From contig JBQTHB010000003.1 in assembly GCA_052390235.1 (NCBI GenBank), forward strand, positions 224,001 to 288,000: a DNA stretch of 64,000 nucleotides, read 5' to 3'. Every line of letters begins with the position of its first letter. The stretch's first letter is position 1. The notes beneath the pieces were generated by a model. The model was not told the DNA's origin, searched no databases, and saw nothing but the letters and a program-made list of their open reading frames with translations. A program made the translations under genes and the position numbers. The DNA is from Deltaproteobacteria bacterium. Lineage in GTDB: Bacteria > Desulfobacterota_D > UBA1144 > Nemesobacterales > CSP1-2. Positions 1-9,655 of the stretch are shown here, piece by piece.

Positions 1-262
1 CGCGGCTTCCCGACTGAACTATGGTGAATCCGGCGATGTCCCGCAGGAGTTCAAGCACGTCAGATGCCTGTCTGCGCTGGATGTCCTCTTGGGTGATTAT
101 CTCAACGGACGCGCCAAGCTCGCTGAGCGGGGTGAGGATTTTCGTCGCGCTGACGAACACCGGGTCTAACTCATCGGATTTGCCGCCGTCCGCGCCTTCC
201 TCGGCAGCAGATGGGGAAATCATGGAAACCAGCAACAGAAAAGCACAGAATATACGCTTCAT
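1..262 (-). CDS. TonB-dependent receptor, BtuB-like (N-terminal part; runs off window start)
   Basis: Manual translation from ATG at 262 (AGGAGG RBS upstream): MKRIFCAFLLLVSMISPSAAEE...DPVFVSATKILTPLSELGASVEIITQEDIQRRQASDVLELLRDIAGFTIVQSGSR = signal peptide, TonB-box-like segment and plug start; lies downstream of a cobalamin riboswitch. Confidence 0.85.
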   Translation of the reverse strand, partial: MKRIFCAFLLLVSMISPSAAEEGADGGKSDELDPVFVSATKILTPLSELGASVEIITQEDIQRRQASDVLELLRDIAGFTIVQSGSR

Positions 263-499
263 CGCTCTTTATGTCCTCCTATTGGATTTTCAAATCGAGA
301 AATCTTCGGAACAGAGCGCGGAAGCGTAGCCAAGCAAAACTCCCCTAAAACCGGAAATTGCAGATAAATAGCCGGCTTTAGAGTCTGAGACGGATAATTT
401 GTAGCATGAATCCCGCATCCGAAAATAGGCGCAGGACGGGTTTTGGACGGACGCATTTTTACGCTTTCTCTCCCTCGAAGAAAGTGATAATTAAGTTTC

Positions 500-672
500 A
501 AGGCAGGTCTTCTGGCTCGTAGCGCTCTCTGTCCGCGCCTTCCCGGAGCGTTGATGGCTCCAGTGGCGTTTTCATCGAAGAGAGAATCAAAAGCTACTCA
601 CAGCAGCGGGGCTGCGACGGTGTTTCACCGCACTTCCCTATTAAGCCCTTTGGGGGCGCCCGTGAAATTTTA
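500..672 (-). ncRNA. Cobalamin (B12) riboswitch
   Basis: Minus strand reads TTAATAGGGAAGTGCGGTGAAACACCGTCGCAGCCCCGCTGCTGT...GCCACTG...CCGGGAAGG...GAGCCAGAAGACCTGCC, the conserved B12-element blocks; upstream of a TonB-dependent receptor. Confidence 0.92.
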
Positions 673-919
673 ATTTGTAAAAGAACTGTCTAAATCGAAA
701 GTTAATATAACTCTACCCAGAGCGCCGTGTCAAGTAATAGCCGCAGCGAGGCTACTGCCAGAGGCGGCAGATTTGCCTTTTCATCGGCAACGGCGCGCCT
801 CGACTCCGCTCGGTATGAAGGGTTTGAAATGAGCGCGTTCGTTCTGAGCGATTCAGCAAGCTCAGGATAAACTACCTCGCGCAATGGCGGCTCATTACTC
901 ATCGCCGCATCCTGAGGGG

Positions 920-1639
920 TCAGCGTCCGAGATAGCAGTCCTTGACGCGCTCATCGCCGAGCAGGGTATTAGCGTCCCCTTCGAGAGCTATCTGTCCGCT
1001 CTCCAGCACATAGGCGTAGTCAGCCATCTGAAGGGCGGCTTTGGCGTTCTGCTCTATCATCAGAACAGTAGTGCCGCCCCTGTGAATCTCGAGAATTTTC
1101 TCAAAGAGCGCGAAAGTGATTTTAGGCGCAAGCCCAAGCGAAGGCTCGTCGAGCATAAGCAGTGTCGGTTTTCCCATCAGCGCGCGCCCGACGGCAAGCA
1201 TCTGCTGCTCGCCCCCCGAAAGCGTGCCTCCAAGCTGGCTGAGCCTCTCGCCAAGCCTCGGAAATAGCGAAAGCACATAGCCGAAACTCTCGGCGGCGTC
1301 GGGGCTAGAGCCTCTGGCGAAAGTTCCGATAATTAAATTTTCCCTCACCGTGAGATTCGGAAATATTTTTCTGCCCTCGGGAACCATGATAATCCCCATT
1401 CTCGCCACTTCGTGCGCCGGTTTGTTGGTTATATCCCGATTTTGAAACATAACACGCCCCTCCCGCGGGGGAATAAGCCCCGACACAGCTCGAAGGGAGG
1501 TGGTTTTACCAGCGCCGTTCGCCCCGACGAGGGTTACGATTTTGCCCTTCGGCACGGAAAATGACACCCCTCTTAGGGCGTGGATGCTTCCGTAGAAAAC
1601 ATGTAAATTCTCAACCGCCAGAAGTGGGGGATTTTCCAT
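920..1639 (-). CDS. livF: Branched-chain amino acid ABC transporter ATP-binding protein
   Basis: GANGAGKTT Walker A, VPEGRKIF, LSGGEQQM signature, LDEPSLGLAP. Confidence 0.93.
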   Translation of the reverse strand: MENPPLLAVENLHVFYGSIHALRGVSFSVPKGKIVTLVGANGAGKTTSLRAVSGLIPPREGRVMFQNRDITNKPAHEVARMGIIMVPEGRKIFPNLTVRENLIIGTFARGSSPDAAESFGYVLSLFPRLGERLSQLGGTLSGGEQQMLAVGRALMGKPTLLMLDEPSLGLAPKITFALFEKILEIHRGGTTVLMIEQNAKAALQMADYAYVLESGQIALEGDANTLLGDERVKDCYLGR

Positions 1640-1829
1640 AACTCGTTCCCAATTAATTTTTTACCGCAAACACTCTGGGGCGCGGCAGTGCAAGATGGAT
1701 AGGACTCCTCGACCCCAGATTGGAATGAGAAGCAGGCGCTTGGGCAGAGCGAGTACAGACTTGGCAGTATCTGTCATACTGCGAGAAATCCTATCACGAT
1801 ATTTCGTCTCAGGCGCTTCAAATCCCGCA

Positions 1830-2606
1830 TTACAAATCCTGACTCTCCTCGCCCAGGTACGCCTCAATCACAACGTCGTTGTTTTGAATCTCCGTGGGCG
1901 TCCCCTCGGCGATTTTCCGCCCGTACTCAAGCACCGTAATCTTATCGCAAATTCCCATGACCACGCGCATATCGTGTTCGATGAGCAGAATGGTCAAATC
2001 GAGGCTGTCGCGGATTTCGCGGATAAATCTCATGAGGTCTTCTTTTTCGCTCGGATTCATGCCCGCGGCGGGTTCGTCGAGGAGCAGGAGTTTCGGGCGC
2101 GCGGCGAGGGCGCGGGCGATTTCAAGCCTCCGCTGAAGCCCGTAGGGAAGGGAGGCGGCTTTTTTGTTTACGCACTCGGCAAGTCCGGTTTTTTCAAGTA
2201 GCGCTAGGGTTTTTTCATGTATCTGCCGCTCCTCGCGCCTGGTCGATGGGAGGCGGAATATCGCACTGAAAATCGAGGCTCTAAAGCTCGTGTGAAACCC
2301 TATCAGAACGTTTTCGACAACGCTGAGGTCGCCGAAGAGTTTTATGTTCTGAAACGTCCTCGCAACGCCGAGAGCTGTAATTTCGTGGGGATTGAGGCGA
2401 GCTATGGGTCTGCCAAGAAAATTAATATTGCCCTCCGATGGGCGAAGGAAACCGGAAACCGTGTTGAATACCGTGGTCTTGCCCGCGCCGTTTGGGCCTA
2501 TGAGACCCCTTATCGTCTCCCCCTCAATTGTCAAATTGAGCGCCGAAACCGCTTTGAGGGCATGAAAGCTCACGGTCAGATTTTCAATTGCCAAGATGTT
2601 TGCCAT
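1830..2606 (-). CDS. livG: Branched-chain amino acid ABC transporter ATP-binding protein
   Basis: GPNGAGKTT, RTFQNI, LPYGLQRRLEIARAL, LDEPAAGMN, C-terminal VIEAYLG. Confidence 0.93.
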   Translation of the reverse strand: MANILAIENLTVSFHALKAVSALNLTIEGETIRGLIGPNGAGKTTVFNTVSGFLRPSEGNINFLGRPIARLNPHEITALGVARTFQNIKLFGDLSVVENVLIGFHTSFRASIFSAIFRLPSTRREERQIHEKTLALLEKTGLAECVNKKAASLPYGLQRRLEIARALAARPKLLLLDEPAAGMNPSEKEDLMRFIREIRDSLDLTILLIEHDMRVVMGICDKITVLEYGRKIAEGTPTEIQNNDVVIEAYLGEESQDL

Positions 2607-2749
2607 AGTTACCCAGCTATGCCTTTTGCCGCGAATGGCGCGAAAAATGACGGTTTTTAGTTTCTAGTTTGAGATTAGAAGCCAATAATTTCTTCCATTC
2701 GCGTGAATTTGCGCTAATCCCGTGGTTGCCGCCGCATTTCACCCCTGCG

Positions 2750-3796
2750 TCATGCCCCCTGCCGCCGCCTGAATTTTGCGAAAAGCGCGTCCCAAGAGAA
2801 TTCCCATCTGCCCGTAATTCCTCTTCTGAAAAACAGCATCGTAATAATTAGGATGAGGGAAAATATCACCATGCGCATTCCGGGAATTGCCGGAACATCC
2901 AATCCCGCAATTTGATGCGGCTCTTCAAACCAGCGCAGAAGCTCCGACCCCCAGGCGAAAACCACAGCCCCGACTACTGCGCCTGTCATACTCCCAAGCC
3001 CGCCTGCCACAATCATTATGAGCAGGTTAAACGTGAGCAGAAACGTAAACAGCTTCGGGTCTATCGTCGTGAGCAGGTGAGCCAGAAGCCCCCCGCCTAT
3101 TCCCTGAAAAAACGCGCTTACAACAAACGCCGTCATTTTGCAGCGAAACACGTTGATTCCCATAGCCTGAGCCGCCGCCTCATCCTCCCTGACGGCTTTC
3201 ATAGCCCTACCGAAGCGGCTCTGGACAATCCCCACAAGGCAGAACACCGTAAGTGCCGCAAATCCCCAACTCCACCAAATGTCGGTATATTGGGCGATTC
3301 CCTTAAGCCCCAGCGAGCCATTTGTGATGGAAGTGGCGTTCGTGGCAAACACCCGGATTATCTCCCCGAATCCAAGCGTTACGATGGCGAGATAATCCCC
3401 CCTTACGCGAAACACCGGAAAGGCTATTAGAAAAGCAAAAATAGACGACACCGCTCCGGCGCACAGCAGTGAGGGGAGAAATGGCAGAGAGATTTTATCG
3501 AGCGGAGAGACGATGGGGTCAATAATGAACGTTATCTCTTTCTCGCCTGGCGTGAGGGTGAGAAGAGCCGCCGTGTAAGCCCCGATAGCCATAAACGCGT
3601 TGGGTCCGAGAGAGAACTGCCCCGTAACCCCGTTTACGAGATTGTAGCTCGTCGAGAGGATGACGTAGATAGCCGTGATGTTGAGAATCTGGATAAAATA
3701 GGGCGAGGCTGAGGAATCCGCCCACCCGAGAAACGCGGCAACGGCAAGGAGGCAGAGCAAGGTGGCAAGAGGTTTCGTCCAATTCTCTCGGTTCAT
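2750..3796 (-). CDS. livM: Branched-chain amino acid ABC transporter permease
   Basis: GQFSLG, RGDYLAIVTLGFGEII, GRAMKAVREDE motifs; multi-pass hydrophobic. Confidence 0.92.
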   Translation of the reverse strand: MNRENWTKPLATLLCLLAVAAFLGWADSSASPYFIQILNITAIYVILSTSYNLVNGVTGQFSLGPNAFMAIGAYTAALLTLTPGEKEITFIIDPIVSPLDKISLPFLPSLLCAGAVSSIFAFLIAFPVFRVRGDYLAIVTLGFGEIIRVFATNATSITNGSLGLKGIAQYTDIWWSWGFAALTVFCLVGIVQSRFGRAMKAVREDEAAAQAMGINVFRCKMTAFVVSAFFQGIGGGLLAHLLTTIDPKLFTFLLTFNLLIMIVAGGLGSMTGAVVGAVVFAWGSELLRWFEEPHQIAGLDVPAIPGMRMVIFSLILIITMLFFRRGITGRWEFSWDALFAKFRRRQGA

Positions 3797-3805
3797 CGTT
3801 CGCGC

Positions 3806-4711
3806 TCAGTCCGGCAGTTTTTCTCCCATAATGCCGCCGGGTCTGGCGAGCAGTATGAATATCAGGATGAAAAACGCTATTGCGTCCCTGTAGCCGGCGT
3901 AATCCGGCAGTAGGGCGACAAAAAATATCTCGATAAATCCTAGCAGAAGCCCGCCCAAAGCCGCTCCTGCCACGTTTCCGATTCCCCCCAGCACGGCCGC
4001 CGTGAAAGCCTTTATCCCCGGCATAATCCCCATTAGAGGGTTTATCTGCGGATACCTCATGGCGAGCATCACCCCTCCCACAGCGGCAAGAGCCGAGCCA
4101 ACGACGAAGGTGAGCGATATTACGCGGTTTACGTCAATTCCCATGAGTTTTGGGGTTTCCACGTCGCGCGAGATAGCCCTCATGGCTATACCCGACTTCG
4201 TGCGATAGACCAGATAAAAGAGGGCGGCAAGGGATAGCAGGGTTATAAGCGGTATCCACAGCCCGAGTATCGGCACTGACACATCGCCGAGATAATAAAT
4301 CCTCTCGAACGGCTCAGGCACGGGAAACCCCTTGGGTCTGCCCCCGAAGACGACGAGACCGAGATTCTCCAAAAAAAACGAGACCCCTATCGCCGTCATG
4401 AGAACCGATATTTTTGGGAAACTCCTAAGCGGCCTATACGCCAGCCGCTCGATGAGAAATCCAAGGAGCGCGGTGAGAAAAATTGCCACTGCGAATGCGG
4501 CGTACCACGGCATCGGCATAACCGACAATCCGACGAGCGAAAAGCCGGTTATTAGGAAAAACCCGAAGTACGCTCCCATCATCATAACGTCGCCGTGAGC
4601 GAAATTTATGAGCCTCAGCACACCATAGACCATTGTGTAGCCGATGGCGATAAGGGCGTAGAGACTCCCCAGGGATACGCCGTTTATAATCTGCTGGAGG
4701 AGCGCTTCCAT
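3806..4711 (-). CDS. livH: Branched-chain amino acid ABC transporter permease
   Basis: NGVSLGSLYALIAIGYTMVYGVLRLINFAHG, KAFTAAVLGGIG motifs. Confidence 0.94.
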   Translation of the reverse strand: MEALLQQIINGVSLGSLYALIAIGYTMVYGVLRLINFAHGDVMMMGAYFGFFLITGFSLVGLSVMPMPWYAAFAVAIFLTALLGFLIERLAYRPLRSFPKISVLMTAIGVSFFLENLGLVVFGGRPKGFPVPEPFERIYYLGDVSVPILGLWIPLITLLSLAALFYLVYRTKSGIAMRAISRDVETPKLMGIDVNRVISLTFVVGSALAAVGGVMLAMRYPQINPLMGIMPGIKAFTAAVLGGIGNVAGAALGGLLLGFIEIFFVALLPDYAGYRDAIAFFILIFILLARPGGIMGEKLPD

Positions 4712-4791
4712 GTTAGGAAAGTGAAATTAACTCAATACGCGCCAGAAATCAATTCATCCGAGGAGCTGGCTGAAAAATTGAGGGCAGGGTA

Positions 4792-5142
4792 TTACGAAAT
4801 ACCGCCGCCGAGCTGATTTACTCCGAGGGTTTTATGCCTGTAGAATCGCTCAAGTTGGCTCTGGGCGCGGCTTGTGAATTTAATTCCCATCGTCAGGAGC
4901 ATTCCGGGAAGATACGGCGAAGTCCACGCCACAACGCCTTCGAGATTAAGCGTGCCGTCTTCCATAAAAATATTCACCACAACCTCAGCGCCGGGAATTA
5001 AAGCCCTGTAAGATTTTATGCCGACGCCGCCTTCAGAGAGGTTAAAAGCATATCCGGGCAACATAATCCCTTGGGACGGGGCGCCGAACTTAACCCTCTT
5101 TCTAAAGGGAATTCGCTTTGACGCTCTGCGATTTTCAAGCAT
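4792..5142 (-). CDS. PilZ-domain (c-di-GMP-binding) protein
   Basis: RRASKR (RxxxR) and NLSEGG (D/NxSxxG) motifs; start taken at ATG 5142. Confidence 0.8.
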   Translation of the reverse strand: MLENRRASKRIPFRKRVKFGAPSQGIMLPGYAFNLSEGGVGIKSYRALIPGAEVVVNIFMEDGTLNLEGVVAWTSPYLPGMLLTMGIKFTSRAQSQLERFYRHKTLGVNQLGGGIS

Positions 5143-5460
5143 GATAGCCCCCACGCGCAGTCGGGATACATTTTCACCTAAGCCCGCCGGATACGCGCGG
5201 ACTTATGAAGCTAGGATAATATTTTTTTTCAGATGCCGCAAGGGTACAGTATTCAAGGCGGAGCGAAAAATCTCGGCGAGATTCCTCGCTTCACGTTCGA
5301 GGCGGCTCACCGGGAGATGCCATTTGTCATGCCAAGCCGCTTTCGAGAGGGTCAGCGCAAACTCCGGCAGCGGTGTTATCCTTGCATCTCGCGTCCTGAG
5401 TCTTGGAATCCCGCGTTTCTCGAATACAATACCTCAACCCAACTATATACGGAGCGGCGT

Positions 5461-6348
5461 ATGTTTAAATTCAGAAAACTGACCATTGTGGTATCGGATA
5501 ACATAAAATCCCTCGTCTCAGACCTCCTGCTCGGACTCGACGCAATTGGAGTGTCGGAGGATGTGATTGACGGCAGAGAGGGCGAAGAGACCCTAGTCGT
5601 CGGCTATTTCCCGAAGGAGATCCAAATCACGGGCGTAGTGGAGAGCCTGCGGGAATATATCAAATTTCTCGGCGAAAATTTCACCGCCGTCCACTCAGGG
5701 GATGTCGAAATCGAAGAGATTGACCGCTCAAGCTGGGAGACTTGGCGTCAGCGCCTTAAAACCGTAAGGGCAAGCCGAAGGGTTATAATAAGGCCCCCTT
5801 GGGAAGAATACTCCCCTCAGGAGGGCGAAATGGTAATCGAGATAAACCCTTCAATGGCTTTCGGCACGGGACACCACGAGACGACGCGGCTGTGCATCAG
5901 GGCGATTGAAGAACTGGGCGAATCGAGGAAAATTGGCAGAGCGCTGGATGTGGGATGCGGAAGCGGCATTCTCTCGATAGCGGCGCTAAAATTGGGAGCG
6001 GCCGAGGCGACAGGTGTGGATAACGACCCCATTGCGATAACCGAATCCGAGGAGAACGCGGCGAGAAACGGGGTGTCGCTGGGGCTCGTGTGCGGGTATC
6101 TTGAGGGCATAGAAGGGGAGTTTGATTTAATCGTCATGAATATCTCGGCGGAGGTGTCGTATCTCCTGAGATATGAGATAAAATCGAGGCTCGGCGCCGG
6201 AGGGGCGGTTATCGTATCGGGGGTGGGATTCGCCAGGCGGGATGAAGTGGTCTCGGCATATCTCAAAGCCAGCTACACGCTCGACAGAGAGATGCAGGAC
6301 GGCGAGTGGATGGCGTTCGTGATGAGCGTTGATAGCAGCGCCGGCTGA
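5461..6348 (+). CDS. prmA: Ribosomal protein L11 methyltransferase
   Basis: INPSMAFGTGHHETT, LDVGCGSGILSI; start moved to ATG 5461 (MFKFRKL). Confidence 0.9.
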   Translation: MFKFRKLTIVVSDNIKSLVSDLLLGLDAIGVSEDVIDGREGEETLVVGYFPKEIQITGVVESLREYIKFLGENFTAVHSGDVEIEEIDRSSWETWRQRLKTVRASRRVIIRPPWEEYSPQEGEMVIEINPSMAFGTGHHETTRLCIRAIEELGESRKIGRALDVGCGSGILSIAALKLGAAEATGVDNDPIAITESEENAARNGVSLGLVCGYLEGIEGEFDLIVMNISAEVSYLLRYEIKSRLGAGGAVIVSGVGFARRDEVVSAYLKASYTLDREMQDGEWMAFVMSVDSSAG

Positions 6349-6387
6349 AGTAGAATTTTATTCCAAGCGCGCACAGGAGGACTCCAG

Positions 6388-7425
6388 ATGGCGTCGTTTA
6401 AAACAATTGAGTGGAGGGGCGACAGGGTTTCGATGATAGACCAGAGAAAACTCCCGATGGAGGAGGTCTATTTCGAGTGTCGGGGGTTTGAGGAATTAGC
6501 GTGGGCGATAAAAAACATGGTGATTCGAGGCGCGCCTGCTATCGGGGTTGCCGCCGCCATGGGAATCGCGCTCGGAGCGGTCAGGAGCCATAGCCGGGAT
6601 AAAGTCCAGTTCTTCTCAGAAATCAAGGAAGCCTCGGATGCAATATCAAAAACGAGGCCTACGGCGGTGAATCTCTTCTGGGCGATAGAGCGCATGAACC
6701 GCGTCCTGAAGGAGAACCAGGCGCGGGACGTTGACTCTATTCGGGATAAATTAGTCGAAGAGGCGATAGGAATCTATGAAGAGGATATTGCAATTTGCAG
6801 GAGCATAGGCAGAGCCGGAGCCGAACTAATACGGGACGGAAGCGCCGTTCTCACCCACTGCAACGCTGGAGCCTTGGCCACTGCGGGCTACGGAACCGCG
6901 CTCGGGGTGGTAAGGGCGGCGTTCGAGCGCGGAGGCGGAATAACAGTCGTCGCCAGCGAAACGCGCCCGTTCCTTCAGGGGGCGAGGCTCACGGCTTGGG
7001 AACTGCAAAGAGACGGCATCCCGGTAACGCTCATCACTGATAGCATGGCTGGGTACGTCATGCGCAAAGGCATGGTTGATGCGGTCATCGTCGGAGCGGA
7101 CAGAATCGCCGCAAACGGGGACACGGCTAATAAAATCGGGACTTACACGCTCTCGGTTCTGGCAAAATTCCACGGGATTCCGTTTCTCGTCGCCGCCCCC
7201 ACGTCAACAATTGATATGAAATGCCCGTCGGGGGATTTAATCCCCATTGAGGAGCGGGACGCCGCCGAGGTAACTCACATTCAAGGCGCGAGAGTCGCGG
7301 CTGATACCCCTGTGATGAATCCCGCGTTCGACGTTACGCCAAGCGCGAATATTGACTACATAATTACCGAGAGGGGAGTGGTTGGCCCCCCATTTGCGGA
7401 GAATATTGAAACCCTATTCGATTAG
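6388..7425 (+). CDS. mtnA: S-methyl-5-thioribose-1-phosphate isomerase
   Basis: [60 protein letters not shown]. Confidence 0.95.
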   Translation: MASFKTIEWRGDRVSMIDQRKLPMEEVYFECRGFEELAWAIKNMVIRGAPAIGVAAAMGIALGAVRSHSRDKVQFFSEIKEASDAISKTRPTAVNLFWAIERMNRVLKENQARDVDSIRDKLVEEAIGIYEEDIAICRSIGRAGAELIRDGSAVLTHCNAGALATAGYGTALGVVRAAFERGGGITVVASETRPFLQGARLTAWELQRDGIPVTLITDSMAGYVMRKGMVDAVIVGADRIAANGDTANKIGTYTLSVLAKFHGIPFLVAAPTSTIDMKCPSGDLIPIEERDAAEVTHIQGARVAADTPVMNPAFDVTPSANIDYIITERGVVGPPFAENIETLFD

Positions 7426-7483
7426 ACACGGGGTTATCTAACCCCGCTGAGCGTGTAGCAATTCGATAGCCCCACCCCTAGAG

Positions 7484-8032
7484 CTAGAGGTCTCGCCCCT
7501 GTCTCTCAAGGTCAATCTGGCACGAGAGGCACAGCTTTGCAAACGGCATCGCCCGCAATCTGTCTTCGCCGACGTCGTCCCCGCAAATATCGCATACGCC
7601 GTATGAGCCGTCCTCGATTTTTCGGAGCGCCTCATCAATTTGGACGAGCTTGCCGCGGTCGCGGTCGGTTATCATGAGCGAGAGTTCTCTGTCGCGGTCG
7701 TTTGAGGCGTGGTCGTAGAAATCCCCCACATCAAACCTAAGATAGTCGGATTCATTTCTGATGGACTGCGATACCTCTTTAATAAGCTCTCTCCTCATCT
7801 GAAGGAGCATATCTTTAATCCCCAATCTCCAGGTGAGGTCAATGAACACGGGGGCGGGTTTTATCTCCCCCTGGCGATGCGCTGGCTCCGGCTCTGCGGC
7901 TGGGGGCGGCATGGCGGGGGTTTCCTTTTTTACTGCGCCCTCTTTGGTATTCGGAGAGATATGCTTGAGGGGTTTGGCGGACGGCTTTTTTTTGAGCTGT
8001 TCTTTGGGCTTGATTTCTTTTGTTTTTGTCAT
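7484..8032 (-). CDS. DksA/TraR family C4 zinc-finger protein
   Basis: DFYDHA (DxxDxA) coiled-coil tip, YGVCDICG...RLRAMPFAKLCLSC. Confidence 0.88.
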   Translation of the reverse strand: MTKTKEIKPKEQLKKKPSAKPLKHISPNTKEGAVKKETPAMPPPAAEPEPAHRQGEIKPAPVFIDLTWRLGIKDMLLQMRRELIKEVSQSIRNESDYLRFDVGDFYDHASNDRDRELSLMITDRDRGKLVQIDEALRKIEDGSYGVCDICGDDVGEDRLRAMPFAKLCLSCQIDLERQGRDL

Positions 8033-8266
8033 TTTCTCTCCTTCAACCTCTTTTAAGTAAGGCGACTATTTAAGATAAGAACACAAAGGGCTTTGTCAAT
8101 AGAAAGCAAAAATGCTTAACACAGAGACCACAACCCCGCGCCTCAGTTCATACGGACACAGTATAGAGCGGCGTAACGCATTTTATATGGATACGAACCC
8201 GGGGCTTATTTATGTTACAATATGCTCCGAAGTTAAACCGCCCGCAAACTGTGGAAGCGACCGAAT

Positions 8267-8587
8267 ATGAGCAAAAAGAAAAAGAGAAAAGCCAACCCGA
8301 CCCTTGCCCTCGCCCTGTCCGCAATCTTTCCCGGACTTGGGCAGGCGTACAATAATCAAGCCGCCAAAGGGGTGGCCATCGTTGCCGTCAATTTGATTAT
8401 CAACATCCTGCTCATGACGCCGCTTCAACAACTCATAGACTACGGGAGCGAAACCCCAGACACTCCAACGCTCATCATAGTCGGCGGCTACGCCATAGCC
8501 GGACTCACCCTCTGGATTTATTCAATGTTCGACGCGAAGAGAACCGCCGAGCTAATTAAAAAAGAAGAAACAGTATCGAATATCTAG
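8267..8587 (+). CDS. Small membrane protein (TM2-like hypothetical)
   Basis: LALALSAIFPGLGQAYN motif and further TM segments ending WIYSMFDA. Confidence 0.7.
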   Translation: MSKKKKRKANPTLALALSAIFPGLGQAYNNQAAKGVAIVAVNLIINILLMTPLQQLIDYGSETPDTPTLIIVGGYAIAGLTLWIYSMFDAKRTAELIKKEETVSNI

Positions 8588-8607
8588 CGCGCCCGGGCTT
8601 GATAATT

Positions 8608-9621
8608 TTATCCGCTCCCAGATTCTTCAAGCCACTTTGTCATCTCCCGAACGAGCTCCGCCACACCCTCCCCCGTAGCCGAGGAAACGGGAAACACCTC
8701 GATTTTGCGCCTGCGAAACTTGGTTTTGAGCTTTTTCAGCGCGTCTTTCGACTCCGTGATGTCAATCTTATTGAGCGCGATGATTTGAGGCTTGAGGGCA
8801 AGCTCGGCGCTATAGAGCTTGAGTTCGGCGTTTAGGGTTTTGTAGTCTTCCATCGGGTCTCTTTCGGTCTCAGGCGATAAATCAAGCAGGTGAACGATAA
8901 CCCTCGTGCGCTCGATGTGCTTTAGAAATCTCACCCCTAGCCCAGTTCCCTCGTGAGCGCCCTTTATCAGCCCCGGAATATCGGCTACGACGAAGGTCTT
9001 ATCCTCGTGATAGCGCACTACGCCCAAATTCGGGACGAGCGTCGTAAAGGGATAATCGGCAATTTTGGGTCTCGCCGCCGAGATTTTTGAAATCAGGGTG
9101 GATTTTCCAGCATTCGGAAACCCGATAATCCCCACGTCGGCTAGGAGTTTTAGCTCAAGCGCGAGCGTCCTCTCCTCGGCATCGCCCCCCGGCTCGTAGT
9201 ACCTCGGGGCTTGGTTGGTTGAGGATTTAAAGCGGGCGTTCCCCTTGCCGCCCCTGCCCCCCTTAGCCACAACGAATGAGCCGCAATCCTGCGTCATATC
9301 CGCTAGAATCTGCCCCGTGTCGAAATCCTTGACTATCGTGCCTACGGGAACGGGGATGATTAGATCCACGGCGTTTTTTCCGTGCTGGTCGCTCCCTCTG
9401 CCATTTTCACCCTTTTCCGCCTTGTAGCGCTGATGGTAGCGGTGGTCTAAGAGGGACGCCATATTGCGCTCGGCAATAATAATTACGTCCCCTCCCCTGC
9501 CGCCGTCGCCGCCGTCCGGGCCGCCCTTAGGGACGAATTTCTCCCTCCTGAAGCTCATAGAGCCTCGCCCGCCCGCGCCTGACTTCACGTATATTTTTGC
9601 CTCGTCAATAAATTTAACCAT
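8608..9621 (-). CDS. obgE: GTPase ObgE/CgtA
   Basis: FIDEAKI...FRREKFVPKGGPDGGDGG, GFPNAGKST, ADYPFTTLVPNLG, DIPG. Confidence 0.97.
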   Translation of the reverse strand: MVKFIDEAKIYVKSGAGGRGSMSFRREKFVPKGGPDGGDGGRGGDVIIIAERNMASLLDHRYHQRYKAEKGENGRGSDQHGKNAVDLIIPVPVGTIVKDFDTGQILADMTQDCGSFVVAKGGRGGKGNARFKSSTNQAPRYYEPGGDAEERTLALELKLLADVGIIGFPNAGKSTLISKISAARPKIADYPFTTLVPNLGVVRYHEDKTFVVADIPGLIKGAHEGTGLGVRFLKHIERTRVIVHLLDLSPETERDPMEDYKTLNAELKLYSAELALKPQIIALNKIDITESKDALKKLKTKFRRRKIEVFPVSSATGEGVAELVREMTKWLEESGSG

Positions 9622-9655
9622 TCAACGCTCCCGCCTCTCTGCGCTCAGTCCGGCA

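Noticed and set aside
8130..8206. Possible structured ncRNA between the dksA-like gene and the membrane protein
   Set aside because: Only short discontinuous pairings and no recognisable family motif.
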